64,000 nucleotides of DNA, taken from Eledone cirrhosa (taxonomy: Eukaryota). Location of the stretch: assembly GCA_964016885.1 (NCBI GenBank), contig OZ024741.1, forward strand, positions 116,684,001 through 116,748,000, given 5' to 3'. The notes under the pieces are model-generated. The model was not told where the DNA came from. It worked only from the letters and a program-made list of their open reading frames with translations, and did no database searches. The position numbers and the translations under genes were made by a program. Positions 42,363 through 54,608 of this stretch are shown piece after piece. Positions within the stretch are counted from its first letter, which is position 1; the number at the start of each line of letters is the position of its first letter.

Positions 42363-42890
42363 TATAAACGGAAAAAATGAAACGATATTTCATTTCCCAC
42401 TCTTAGTACGGCTGTTACTTAAATATAAGTATGTACACGTACATACATATATGTATACCGACGTACAGTAGTATGTATATATATATATATACATACATGC
42501 ACACATATATATATGCACGTATGGATTCACCGAACATTTATTATAATGCTCGGTGTGTTTGTAAACAAACATCCCGTATTAAGCCGTAGTGTCTAGCAAC
42601 CGCCGTTGCTCGTTTGTTCAACACTGACAAAGGAACGCTGTACTAGTTTCAAGCTAACAAGCTTGAAACTAGTACAGCGTTCCTTTGCCAGTGTTGAACA
42701 AACGAGCAACGGTGGTTGCTAGACACTACGGCTTAATACGGGATGTTTGTTTACAAACACACCGAGCATTATAATAAATGTTCGGTGAATCCATACGTGC
42801 ATATATATATGTGTGCATGTATGTATATATATATATATACATACTACTGTACGTCGGTATACATATATGTATGTACGTGTACATACTTAT
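42363..42890. mobile_element. Second copy of the 12-kb ribozyme element, as a ~235-bp-arm near-perfect palindrome
   Basis: Arms 42423-42656/42661-42892; centre AGCT-AACA-AGCT is hammerhead stem II. Confidence 0.8.
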
Positions 42891-43065
42891 ATTATTGTAT
42901 ATATATATGTTTATTGTAATGTGTTTATTGTATATAAACTTCTTTCATATATACCCCTATTATTACATAAGTGTTCAGTATATATGTACAAATGAAATAC
43001 AAGATTAAATGTATGAGTAACTTTGGACAAATAACTATTTACTGAGACAAATGTAGAGTTAGAAG

Positions 43066-43236
43066 CAGTGCCGGATTTACCATTGTGCTTAGGTGCGTTT
43101 AATCACAGGGCCCCGTTGGCCAGGGAAGACCCATTTTTTTACAATGAAATTTCAAAATATTTTCCAAATGTCAAACGTTCAAAGATCCTTATAACTTATG
43201 TAGCACAGGGCCTCATTTTTCCTAAATCCAACACTA
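43066..43236. mobile_element. hAT-type MITE
   Basis: CAGTGCCGGATTTA / TAAATCCAACACTA; 8-bp TSD GTTAGAAG/GTTAGAAC. Confidence 0.75.
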
Positions 43237-43937
43237 GTTAGAACTCATGATCTTGTGATTGGAAATCGGACTTATTTTTGTAGCCATATGAATGTGAGAG
43301 GAAATGCATTGTGTATGCACGTCTAAATTATAAAGAGTTACTGACGGAGATATATGTATAAATATACAAACACATTTGGCGTATTATTATGGTTGATCTC
43401 ATTTTATATATATATATATATATATACGATATATATAAAACACACACACATTTTCTGTGAAATTTCAGTTATGGTTAAATCCCAATTCACCGTTTCTCAT
43501 ATAAAAGTTGTAGTGATTAGTTTATCTCTTTGCACTCTAAAATGGTCAAAAAATGCAATTTGAGTCCAAGCAGGTCATATTACATTTACAGCTTTCAATA
43601 ACTATAAAGTGATTCTAGCAAACTGACCTATGAAATCTGTCTCTGAATACACAAACTTGCAGTGATATGTGGAGAAAAAGTTATGATAAAGTTATGACAT
43701 GACAAAAAAATTTGCTATGAAGGTTAACAATCTATTATGAAATATCAACCAAGATATAAAAAAAAACTTTGATATACGATAAACATAACATGTACATAAA
43801 TTGTAGCGCATATACAAATAGATGTGTGTTTTGGTTGTAAAATATAATTATTGGGTGGGTGGGGGTGGGGGTCATTGTCACCCCCCACCCCAGTTCTATC
43901 GCCCTTGATTTCAAATTGAAACAAACATTATATAAAG

Positions 43938-44125
43938 GGCGGTGGATTGGCAGTATCAGTAGAGGGTCGGACGCCATGCTTTCCAGCATAGTTACGTCCC
44001 TTTACGATCTGAGTTCAAATCCCGCCGAGGTTGACTTTGCCTTTCATCCTTACGGGGTCGATAAAATAAAGTACCAGTAATGCACTGGGTATTTGCTGGC
44101 CTTGTGCCTAAAGTAGAGACAATTA
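43938..44125 (+). mobile_element. SINE S1 copy with TSD
   Basis: Full body; ATTATATAAA on both sides. Confidence 0.85.
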
Positions 44126-44319
44126 TATAAATTAGGGGCTATGTTTTAGGAGTCGTATTGAGAAATTGGGTCAGGGTTTAGGGTTAATTTTAAGGATAGT
44201 GTTAGATGTTAGGGCTCAGAGTTAGTTTTAAATTTGTTTCAATTTGTAACGCGGGGTTAGGGTTATTATTTCTATTTGGAATGCTGGGTAATAACGATGA
44301 AGTATCATTAGTCTATATT

Positions 44320-44500
44320 GATTGGCAGTATCAGTAGAGGGTCGGACGCCATGCTTTCCAGCATAGTTACGTCCCTTTACGACCTGAGTTCAAATCCCGC
44401 CGAGGTTGACTTTGCCTTTCATCCTTACGGGGTCGATAAAATAAAGTACGAGTAATGCACTGGGTAATTGCTGGCCTTGTGCCTAAAGTAGAAACAATTA
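44320..44500 (+). mobile_element. SINE S1 copy
   Basis: Near-identical to 43938-44125. Confidence 0.85.
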
Positions 44501-44822
44501 TGATATAATATCTATCTATCTATCTATCTATTGTATGTAAACTCCCCCCTTTGTAATTGTCCTCTTCTTTTGTGCCCCTGTGGCTAATAAAGAAACATAT
44601 CTATCTATCTATCTATCTTGATAGAGTAAGACACGCTTCACATCGGCTCCGCTATTCCATCAGGATTTACCCTTACTATAGTAAGTACCGGATAAATTTT
44701 TCAGTGCAACACATTTGGAACACTAACCCCTGTTATTTAGGGAAACATTTTTGCATTTACCCCCTTTTTAGGGGGTAAAATAAGTATCTATTTATTTGCC
44801 GAAAAATTTCTTTCTTGGCAGC

Positions 44823-46662
44823 ATGGCGGAAAAGATGGCAGACATGTCTGCCATTAGCTCTGCCACGCCCCCCAAGTCTGAAGAACAAAAAATAATTACA
44901 ACAAAATTAGACAACGAAACAAACAAGGAAAATGAAAAAAACAAATGTTAAGGAAAATGAGCAAACGGAAAACAAACAAACAGAAAATAATACAAATAAC
45001 AACAGGGCAACTTTCGCCCAGAAAACAAAACAATCCATAATATACACACCAATTGACTTAACTGCCGCCAGGGAAAAACTGGCCGAAGCGAAAAAAAAAA
45101 TAGTCTTGGGGGAGAACGGAATGTTTTCCATTAACTCCCCCCCAGAATTCAAGAAAGCCAGAACAGAGAGCACAGTTCTCTTCAGAACTATACTGAACCA
45201 GACAAGAAAGCCAGCACAGCCCAGCCAAATGGAAATAGAGTTGGTCCTAAAAGACTATATGAAGAATATTCTCTTCATACGAAAGGACCGACTCTATGGC
45301 AGCATTTCGGTCCTAACAAAAGACAAGGAAACGGCGGAGAAGCTTTCCCTAAGCCCACTCTCATCGACAACATACAGCTTCTATCCCTCCTACATGGGTA
45401 GAAGAACACAGAGAGTAAAAGTAAAAACAATGCTGCCCACAATGGACTTCTGGTGGGCTATTGCTGGCTTCATAGACATGGGCGAAGACACAATGCTGTC
45501 AATGGGGAAGGCAACTGGAGATGCGTTCCTGGGAATGGGCCTCGACATACTAGTCCAAATGAGGCCCGAAAGAATAGCACAAATCCCGGATCGCATCTGG
45601 CTGGATGACCTTACCCCAATAGACATAATTGTAGAGGGGAGAAGACCAGCATGCTATTTATGCATGGAAAGGGGACACGTTAAGGCTAACTGCCCGAAAC
45701 GTATCCCCCCAAAAGGACTATTGCCCACACCCACCACAAACAGTACACCAACACCACCCACCTCCAAAAATACACTAATACCACACACAGCAAACAAAAT
45801 ACAGACACCACCAACCACAAACACAACACAAACATCACCACCACCAGCACCAAACACAAGCACGACACAAAAATCACCACCACCAACCACAACACAAACA
45901 TCACCACCACCATCACCAACCACAAGCACGACACAAACATTACCACCACCACCACAAAACCCATTCCAAACAAATAATAAAAAAAACAGTAACAAATCTA
46001 CCCCTCCCGCAAAAAAAAAAACAACCACACAACACGTCCCTCCCACCTAGCGCTGAAGAGTTTCCCCCAACTTCTGAAGAAGAAGGAGGAGAAGCCTTCA
46101 GACAAGTTAAAAGAAAAAAAAGAAAACACACACCCAGCACACCACAAATAACCCACACACAAACACCAACTCCAATCAAAAACACCCCACCCTCAACAAA
46201 CAAAAATAAATCTGCGCCTCCCCTCTCCGAAACATTGACAGCATCACAAAAAAAAAAGACGTTGCAATACACATATATAAATAAAGAAAACAAAAAACTG
46301 GTTAAATTAATAAACAATAACCCTATGGTGCAGACCGAAGGGCCAAACTTTATCTCAACAGAGAACTTCACCCATTTAAAAATGATAAAGGTCCCTCTGG
46401 ACCTTTATCGTTCCTTAAAAGAACAATTTAGACGGGACGTGAGCCCCCCCCCTGTTTAAAACCGTTAAATCGCGTCCTCTTGAAAGATTTCCCCATAACC
46501 TCCCCTCTCCCTGACACAACTCCAAATACCCCAACCCTACCACACACGGGTACCCCCACAGCACCACAAAACATCCCTCCACCCAACACACCTGATGCCA
46601 TGGAAATTACACAACCCGGAGAGGTAGGTGCTTTTTTTTCTTCACTTTCAACACCAAAATAG
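44823..46662 (+). CDS. ORF1: CCHC zinc-knuckle protein with Pro/Thr-rich tail (frameshifted)
   Basis: ATG 44823 MAEKMAD..; CYLCMERGHVKANC = CX2CX4HX4C; frame changes in A7 (~44935), A11 (~46011) and C9 (~46444). Confidence 0.75.
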
Positions 46663-49600
46663 ATCAATTGAGAGTTGGCTGTTTGAACGCGCGTGGCCTG
46701 GGCTCAGCTTGGAAGCAAGCAAAGTTTCTAAATGACCTCAGGTCACAAAGTATAGATGTGATGGTTGTTTGCGAGTCGGATCAGCAGCGTGAGACAGCTG
46801 GCGCCCGCCTTCGATGACTTTGAGATGCACGCATCTCTCTGTCAACCCGGAGGCGGGGGGGGGGGGGAGTTGCCGTACTGCTGGATAAACGTCTGGCTCT
46901 CGACGTACAGATTGTTCACTCGGACCCGGGGGGTCGATTACTGGTGCTGGACGTCGGGGGCGGTGAAGGCGGGGCTTTCAGACTGGTCGGTCTTTATGCC
47001 CCCTTCGGGGCGGAAAGAGCCGACTTCTTCCAGCGTCTGGAGACTTTTCTAGGAACGTCGCGTTCCCTGCTTTTAGTGGGGGACTGGAATGGAATCCTAG
47101 ATGCGCGTTGGGACTATGCAGGGGCATGTCCCGATAGAGGGGGTGTAGCAGCCTCAAGGGGTTACTCGATCGATTCGACCTGGTCGATAGATTTCGACTA
47201 GATTGTCCAACTGCGCCAACCTGGACCTGGGCAAACCGCAGTGGACAATCTAGATCGTACCTAGATAGGTTTTTGGTTAGGAGTAAGGATAGGGACGTAT
47301 TTAGTTGTCCAGAATTGATCATGGTTGGCTATTCAGATCACAAATTAGTGACCTGCGTGGTCAACCTTGATAGAACGCATAGACAGGGTCCCGGTTACTG
47401 GAAGATGAACTTGTCCTTGCCGGCAAAGAAAGATTACAGGAACCGGATTAGTAGCTTAGTTAAGATGCGGTTGACGGGAGCGATCGTCAACAGTAGGTGG
47501 TGGGTATCTCTAAAGAGAGAGATTAGAGTAAGTTCGATAGGTTACAGTAAGGAACTATCGGCGAATAAAAATAGGAAGGAAAGGGAGTTAACAGATAAAC
47601 TAGAAGAGGCGATTAGGAGCGGAGACGTAGCCAGAGTGTTAGCGGCGAGAACGGCATTGAGCCAGTTCTTTGACGCGAAGCACGAAGGCTGCGTTGTCCG
47701 AAGTAAAATACGTGCTTTAGGAAACGAGGGGACCAAAGCTGTTAGCTGGGCCCGCGTGACAGAAGCCAAGAGTGGGATTAAATCCACCATTCGGTCTTTG
47801 CGAGACCAGGATGGACGGGTGATCCTTGAACCTGAGCGGATGTGCGAGGCCTTTCAAAGGCACTTTGCTCGACTGTTCGGAGGGGGCGGGGGGCCGAACG
47901 GGGATGTGGACTTCGGTCCATACCTCGACGGTCTACCGCGTCTTTCGAGCGGCGAAGCGGAGTGCTGCGAAAGGCCAATCACAGCCACTGAAATCGGGGA
48001 AGCGCTCAGCCAATGCAGCAGACGCAAATCTCCGGGTCTCGATGGTCTACCATACGAACTTTATTTAGCTATGCCGGTCTTGTTCTCCGAACTCCTCGAG
48101 GCTGTCTATTGCAACTGGCAACAGAACGGGAGAATTCCCTGTTCTGTGACCAAGGGCGTGGTCACGCTAGTGAGGAAGGACGAGAGCAAGGGGGACGACT
48201 TAAGTAACTTTAGGCCCATAACTCTGCTGAATGCAGAGTTACAGATTTTGGCCAAGGTGTTGGCGAAGAGGTTGGCGCTTGTGGTGGGTGGTTTGGTGGG
48301 AGACGCGCAGACATGCGCTATCCCGTCCAGGTCCATTCACGACAACCTCCACCTCATGCGATACATCATAGAGAGGATTGGCAACGAACCCGGCTTTGGT
48401 GGGGCCCTGATCAACTTGGATCAATCTAAGGCGTTCGATAGGGTCGACCATGGTTACCTGGATGCGGTGCTAGCGGCGGCGGGCTTCGGACCCGTTTTCA
48501 GGGGCTGGATTTCTGCCATGCACAGTGGCAACATCTACTCTAGGATTAAAGTAAACGGCTACCTCTTGGAGCCGTTTCAAATCACCCGGTCCACCAGACA
48601 GGGGTGCCCCCTCTCCTCCCTTCTGTACGTATTGACTCTCGAGCCACTGCTGCGGAAGTTGGAGTTGCTGCGGGGCATACCCCTGGAACCGGGATTGCAC
48701 AAAGCGGTCTCGGCCTATGCCGACGACGTAACAGTAATGGTGGCGGACGCCTCGGAAATCGGGGCGATCGCCACCCTACTGGAGGAATACGAAAGGCTGA
48801 CGGGGGCTAGGCTGAACCAGGACAAGTCAGTCGGTTTGCAACTCGGAACGTGGAGGGGCAAACCGATGCCGTTAGACGGTGTCGTCGGGCGGTGGACGGA
48901 GGGCCCGGTGAAGCTGCTCGGGGTCTGGTTCGGACCGGACCTCCAGGTGGAGAAGAATTGGGGCGAGGTGACGAGCAGGGTGTTTGCGCTGACCCAGAAG
49001 TGGGCCAAGTGCAAACTATCACTGAAAGGTCGGGCGGAGGTGACGAACGCTTACATAGCGTCCGTCATCTACTACCGCCTGACCGTCGTGCCTTGCCCCA
49101 AGGAAAATCTCACTATCATGGAACGCATGCTCTTCCAGTTCCTCTGGAAGAAGCGGCCTCCCATGGTGAGGAGATCCATCTGCTGCCAGCACCCTTCGAA
49201 AGGAGGGCTGGGTATGCCGTGGCTGTTGATGCGTAGGCACGCATTGAGGCTACGGCATCTACAGGTATTCCTCAACGGTCAGCCGGTGTGGACCCCGTTT
49301 GTGAGGCGAGCCTTCCCACAGCTCGTCTCGCTCACCGAACTGCAATCCTGGGTGAAGCAAAGACCGAGAAAACTGGGCAACTGGCACACCGAGTGTGCCC
49401 AGGCGCTCACGGCTATCTGGCAAGCGGACCCGACTATCAGTGGAGAATCCACCTCGACATTCTATAGAGGGTTGGTGGCTAGCAAGGGCGACGACACCCT
49501 TGGAGAGTCGCTAGGCATGGAGGAGGACGAACTGGCCAGCCTGTTCGGTAGAACTTTCGGCCCGGGACCCATGGACAACTTCCAGAGGTCCCTAGCCTGG

Positions 49601-50098
49601 CAGTGTTACCGGGGGGCTCTGCCCGTTCGAGAAAAGCTCTACAGACACGGGCGCCCGGGCAGGGATCCCGCGAAAAAGATCTGTCCCAGATGCGTGCGCG
49701 ACGAGGAAACCGTTGCGCATGTACTGGTACACTGCCCGGGCGTTGCCGATCTGTGGGGCTACGTCGAACGACTGCTGTCGCGTGTGGCGCCGATTCGATT
49801 AACCGCCGAGTCTGTGGTGAACATCAAGCCGCCTCCTCCCTTCAGAAATGAAGCAGAGGCGGTCTTTCTGTACGTAATAGCCATGATGAAAGAGGTTGTG
49901 TGGTGGACGCGCCTGAAAGGTCTGAGGTCGGGTGACTTTCTCTCCGGCCATCACCTGGTTTACTTCTTCCGATACCACTTCGGAAGAAGGATCAGGATGG
50001 AGAGAGAAGTGCTTGGCCCCAGACAGTTTTATGAAAGGTGGGTGAAAGAAGCGAGAATGGCCCGTGTAAATGGGCCTTCTCTCTACATTGTTCTGTAG
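46659..50098 (+). CDS. ORF2: APE endonuclease, reverse transcriptase and C-terminal zinc motif
   Basis: CLNARGL, GVAVL, LYAP, VGDWN, YLDRF, SDH; KSPGLDGL, FRPITLLN, DQSKAFDRV, RQGCPLS, YADD; CPRC..ET..H....C; 47273-50098 is uninterrupted, the EN region is frameshifted. Confidence 0.93.
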
Positions 50099-50326
50099 GT
50101 GAAGAAGTGAAGAGGAAAGGGGGAGCGCCTCCTCTCTGGGCTTCCCCCGCGAAAAGAGTTGCACACTTTTCGGGGGTATGTGCAATCCCCAACACGCCCC
50201 CTCCCTTTTGAGGACTTTTTATTGTTATATTATTATTGTTATTCCTTTTTCTTTACTCAATTTATGTAAACTCCCCCACTGTGTAAATGTCCCCTTCTGT
50301 TGTGCCCTCGTGGCAAATAAATAGAA

Positions 50327-50371
<45 letters not shown>

Positions 50372-51764
50372 CATGCATACATACACACACATGCACACAC
50401 ACACATACATACATACATACATACATACATACATACATACATACATACATACATACATACATACATACATACATACATGACTATGTAACTCTGCCTTCAT
50501 ATTTATTCAGTCAGGCAGTCTGTCTCCCAACTACTCTCTTTCTCTCTCTCTCTCTCTGTACAAGGAACCCACTATGTCTACATCTGTTTCACGATTCACT
50601 GATTATACCGAATACCAATGAAAACTGCCAAAAGCAATTTTAGACCAGGAATTATTCATGTACAGGAAAAAGACTTGCTGTGAGGTTCCTAGAACACAAA
50701 AGGAATGGCAGCATATGTGTGTGAGTATGTGTGTGTGTGTATGCGTGTGTGTGTGTGTTAGGTGTCTGCTGTATATATGAATGGTTAAAATAGGGAAAAC
50801 ATCCTTATGTTCTTATTTCCTTTTATTATTTTACTGTTTTCAGTCTTTAGTTCGCAGCCATGCTGGTGCACTACACCAGACCTGCCAACCTCAAAAACCC
50901 AAACGGGGACTACCAAAACGGGGAGAAATGAGGCAAAATGGCGAGATTTTACATAATGAAATTTATACCCATTTTCACCTATATCAAAGTGGGTGGGCGA
51001 TCTCCCCGTGGGACGGGAAGACTTGATAGGTCTACCACATACACACACACAACATAGACACACGCATATGTATGATGGGCTTCTGTAGTTTCCGTCAACG
51101 AAATTCTTCCACTCACATGATATTGGTCTACCTGAGGCTATAGTAGAAGACAAGGTGTCACACAGTGGGACTGACTGAATCCCAAAACACGTGGTTGTGA
51201 AGCGAAATCTTTAACCGTGCAGCCAATCGTGCACCTGTATAGGTATTCTTTTATTATTTTACCTGTTCCAGCCAATGTAAGATAGAAATAGATGAGTTAA
51301 AACGGGAATGAAGTAAGACAAACGAAACAAAACTACAGCTATTACTTTTACTTTTATTAATATTTCGGGGTTAAAACCCTTTTGAAAAAATAGAAAATGG
51401 AGTATGATACTAGTGGCGAGTTGGGCTCCTCTATAAAAGATAATGAAATATAAGGCAAAATGTAAACTGTTGTTTTGTTTTGTATTACTTTACTCCGTTT
51501 TCACTCTTTTATTTCTAACTTGCGTTGTACTGGCTTTCGTAAAAAATGGTTTAACCACATATCTCTCAATGCTTCATTGCCAGTCCTCTGTAATATTGCG
51601 ACATGGCGGCGAGTTGACAGAATTGTTAGAATGTCGAACAGAATGCTTCGCGCTATTTGTTTTGGCTCTCTGCGCTCTGAGTTCAATACCATTGAAATTA
51701 GCTTTGCTTTTCACCTTCCGAGGTCGATAGATAAAATAGCAGTCTAGTACTGTGTTCACTTGAC

Positions 51765-51936
51765 ACTAATGTGAAACGCAAACGTAGAAGACCTCTCAAG
51801 ACATTAAAGAGAGTCATTGAGGAAGATGAACTTTCTGGTGAAGAACTGAGGCAGTTAATGTTGCATGATGTGAGATGGAAAGGTTTTAACATGTCACCAC
51901 AAAGAAGTGGATGAATTGAGTAGTAGTAGTAGTAGT

Positions 51937-51982
<46 letters not shown>

Positions 51983-51983
51983 A
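51765..51983 (+). mobile_element. RTE-like LINE 3' end with (AGT)n tail
   Basis: KRKRRRPLKTL..VI..D..LS.EEL..LM.....W then (AGT)n. Confidence 0.5.
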
Positions 51984-52466
51984 TACTGTGGTCGATCCTT
52001 CTACCTCACTCTCTCTCTTACTCACTTTATCTCTTGAAGTAATCGGCTGTGTTCAGACTTAGAGAAGGGTGCCCTTCTCCCCCGAGTTTAAATGCTTTTG
52101 AGACTTAACTAATTGTGAGAGGCAATGCATCTTTAAAGGGAAGGGAGAACAGGCGCAAAAGGTGGTCATACTACATAACGAGTCGACAGTCGGGTATGTG
52201 TATGTCTGAGAGAGAGAGAGTGTGTGTGTGTATGAGAGTGTGTATGTGTGGGTGGGAGAGAGAGAGAGAGAGAGAGAGTGTGTGTGTATGTGTATGTGTG
52301 TATGTGTTTGTGAGCTTCCCTGTGTATGTGTGAAAGAGAGATAGATAGAGTGTATGAGAGAGTGTGTGGGGGAGAGATAGAGATAGCTAGCTAGCTAGAT
52401 ATATATAGAGAGAGTTTGAATGTGTGTGTGTATATGTTTGTGGGCTCCATTATATATATATATATG

Positions 52467-52798
52467 TGTGGATTGGCAGTATCGGTAGAGGGTTGGACGC
52501 CATGCTTTGCAGCAAAGAGTTACGGCCCTTTATGGTCTGAGTTCAAATCCCGCCGAGGTTAACTTTACCTTTCATCCTTACGGGGTCGATAAAATAAAGT
52601 ACCAGTAATACACTGGGGTAATTGCTGGCCGTGTGCCAAAAGTAGAAACAATTATATATATATGTGTGTGAAAGAGAGAGCTTGTATGAGAGTGTGTATG
52701 TGTGGGTGAGAGAGAGAGAGAGAGAGAGAGTGTGTGTGTGTATGTGTTTGTTGGCTCCATAATATATGTATGAAAGAGAGATAGTGTGTATGTGTGGG

Positions 52799-52836
<38 letters not shown>

Positions 52837-53310
52837 TGTGTGTGTGAGTTGGTTCTAGTGTATGTATGATTGTGTAAGCTACTATATAAGTGTCTGTGTG
52901 GTTGATTTAGAGACATGATGTGTGTATATATCCCAGTTAGTGTTATTGCTAGCGGTAGATTGGCAGTATCAGTAGAGAGTCGGACGCCATGCTTTCCAGC
53001 ATAGTTACGTCCCTTTACGGTCTGAGTTCAAATCCCGCCGAGGTTAACTTTGCCTTTAATCCTTATGGGGTCGATAAAATAAAGTACCAGTAATGCACTG
53101 GGTATTTGCTGGCCTTGTGCCTAAAGTAGAAACAGTTATTGTTAAATAATTGTTTCTACTTTTGGCACAAGGCCAGCAATTAGCATCGAGTGCTCATACG
53201 GCCTACCGCATACGGACGCTTTAAGCATCCAACACCAATTATATATGACTTTAGTCAAGAAATAGCCGTCGAAACGGCTTGAGCTCTGCCGTCGGGGTCA
53301 TACTTTCTCC

Positions 53311-53342
<32 letters not shown>

Positions 53343-53942
53343 TGTAAGTATGCACACGTACAGACACACACATATATATTATATATACATACACACACTC
53401 ATATATATATATATATACATATGTACGTATGGGTTATATCGAACATTAATAATTGTTTCTATTTTTGGCATAAGGCCAGCAATTACTCAGTACATTACTG
53501 GTACTTTATTTTATTGACCCCGTAAGGATGAAAGGCAAAGTTAACCTCGGCGGGATTTGAACTCAGACCATAAAGGGCCGTAACTCTTTGCTGTTATTGT
53601 TAAATAATTGTTTCTACTTGTGGCACAAGACCAGCAATTATCCAGTACATTACTGGTATTTTATTTTATCGACTCTATAATGATGAAAGGCAAAGTTTAC
53701 CTCGGCGGGATTTGAACTCAGACCATAAAGGGCCGTAACTCTATGCTGCAAAGCATGGTGTCCGACCCTCTACTGATACTGCCAATCCACCTATTGTTAA
53801 ATAATTGTTTCTACTTTAGGCACAAGGCTAGCAATTACCCAGTGCATTACTGGTACTTTATTTTATCGACCCCGTAAGGATGAAAGGCAAAGTCAACCTC
53901 GACGGGATTTGAACTCAATTTGGACAGCTATTGTTAAATAAT
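52467..53942. mobile_element. Cluster of SINE S1 copies (52467-52654 +, 52951-53139 +; 53146-53182, 53448-53592, 53604-53791, 53801-53917 -)
   Basis: Direct sequence identity to 673-862; junction TATTGTTAAATAAT repeated four times. Confidence 0.85.
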
Positions 53943-54222
53943 GTCAATTATATTGGATTAAATTTGTAACATTTTTTTAGCTCCACGTCTGTACTTACCC
54001 GGATTAAAGCTACGCCGGATTTATGTACAGACACCCCCAGTAATACGATAATTGCATGCAAGTATGGCATGTTACTACATACACATATACATACACACAA
54101 CACAGACAGACGGACATACATACAGACACACACACATAGATAAACAGACACACACTCAATACAGAGACACAACACTGAGACACACAACCAACACTGAGAC
54201 ACACACACACCCAACACAGACG

Positions 54223-54291
<69 letters not shown>

Positions 54292-54326
54292 CACAGACGA
54301 ACACACACACACACACAACACAGACG

Positions 54327-54358
<32 letters not shown>

Positions 54359-54608
54359 ACAGACAGACACAGACTCATATATACAACACAGACACACGCA
54401 TCACACACACGTACACACGTATCAGTACGAACACGCTATTTTAGGAATGAAATTTGGTTATATATATGATGATTATTTAGTATATGGGTTCGACCCCCCC
54501 CCCCCCACACACACACATACACATATATAGCACAGGTAGAAAGTAACTATATACATATATACACACATATACATATATTTAAATATGTATATACACATAT
54601 ATATGGAG

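Larger units (their letters stand above)
44619..50327 (+). mobile_element. Near full-length Tx1/L1-clade non-LTR retrotransposon in (TATC)n
   Basis: 5' UTR, gag-like ORF1, APE-RT-zinc ORF2, 3' UTR with AATAAA; (TATC)n at 44598-44618 and 50328-50371. Confidence 0.92.

Noticed and set aside
44170-44265. Interstitial telomere (TTAGGG)
   Set aside because: Only scattered degenerate units; such tracts are common inside DNA transposons
44532-44596. LTR or terminal direct repeat of the Tx1 element
   Set aside because: Visibly diverged from the element's own 3' end and separated by (TATC)n; better explained as an independent truncated insertion
47542-50195. Overlapping alternative-frame and antisense ORFs in ORF2 (also over the RTEs and 54736-55308)
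   Set aside because: Shadow ORFs of GC-rich coding sequence with no motifs
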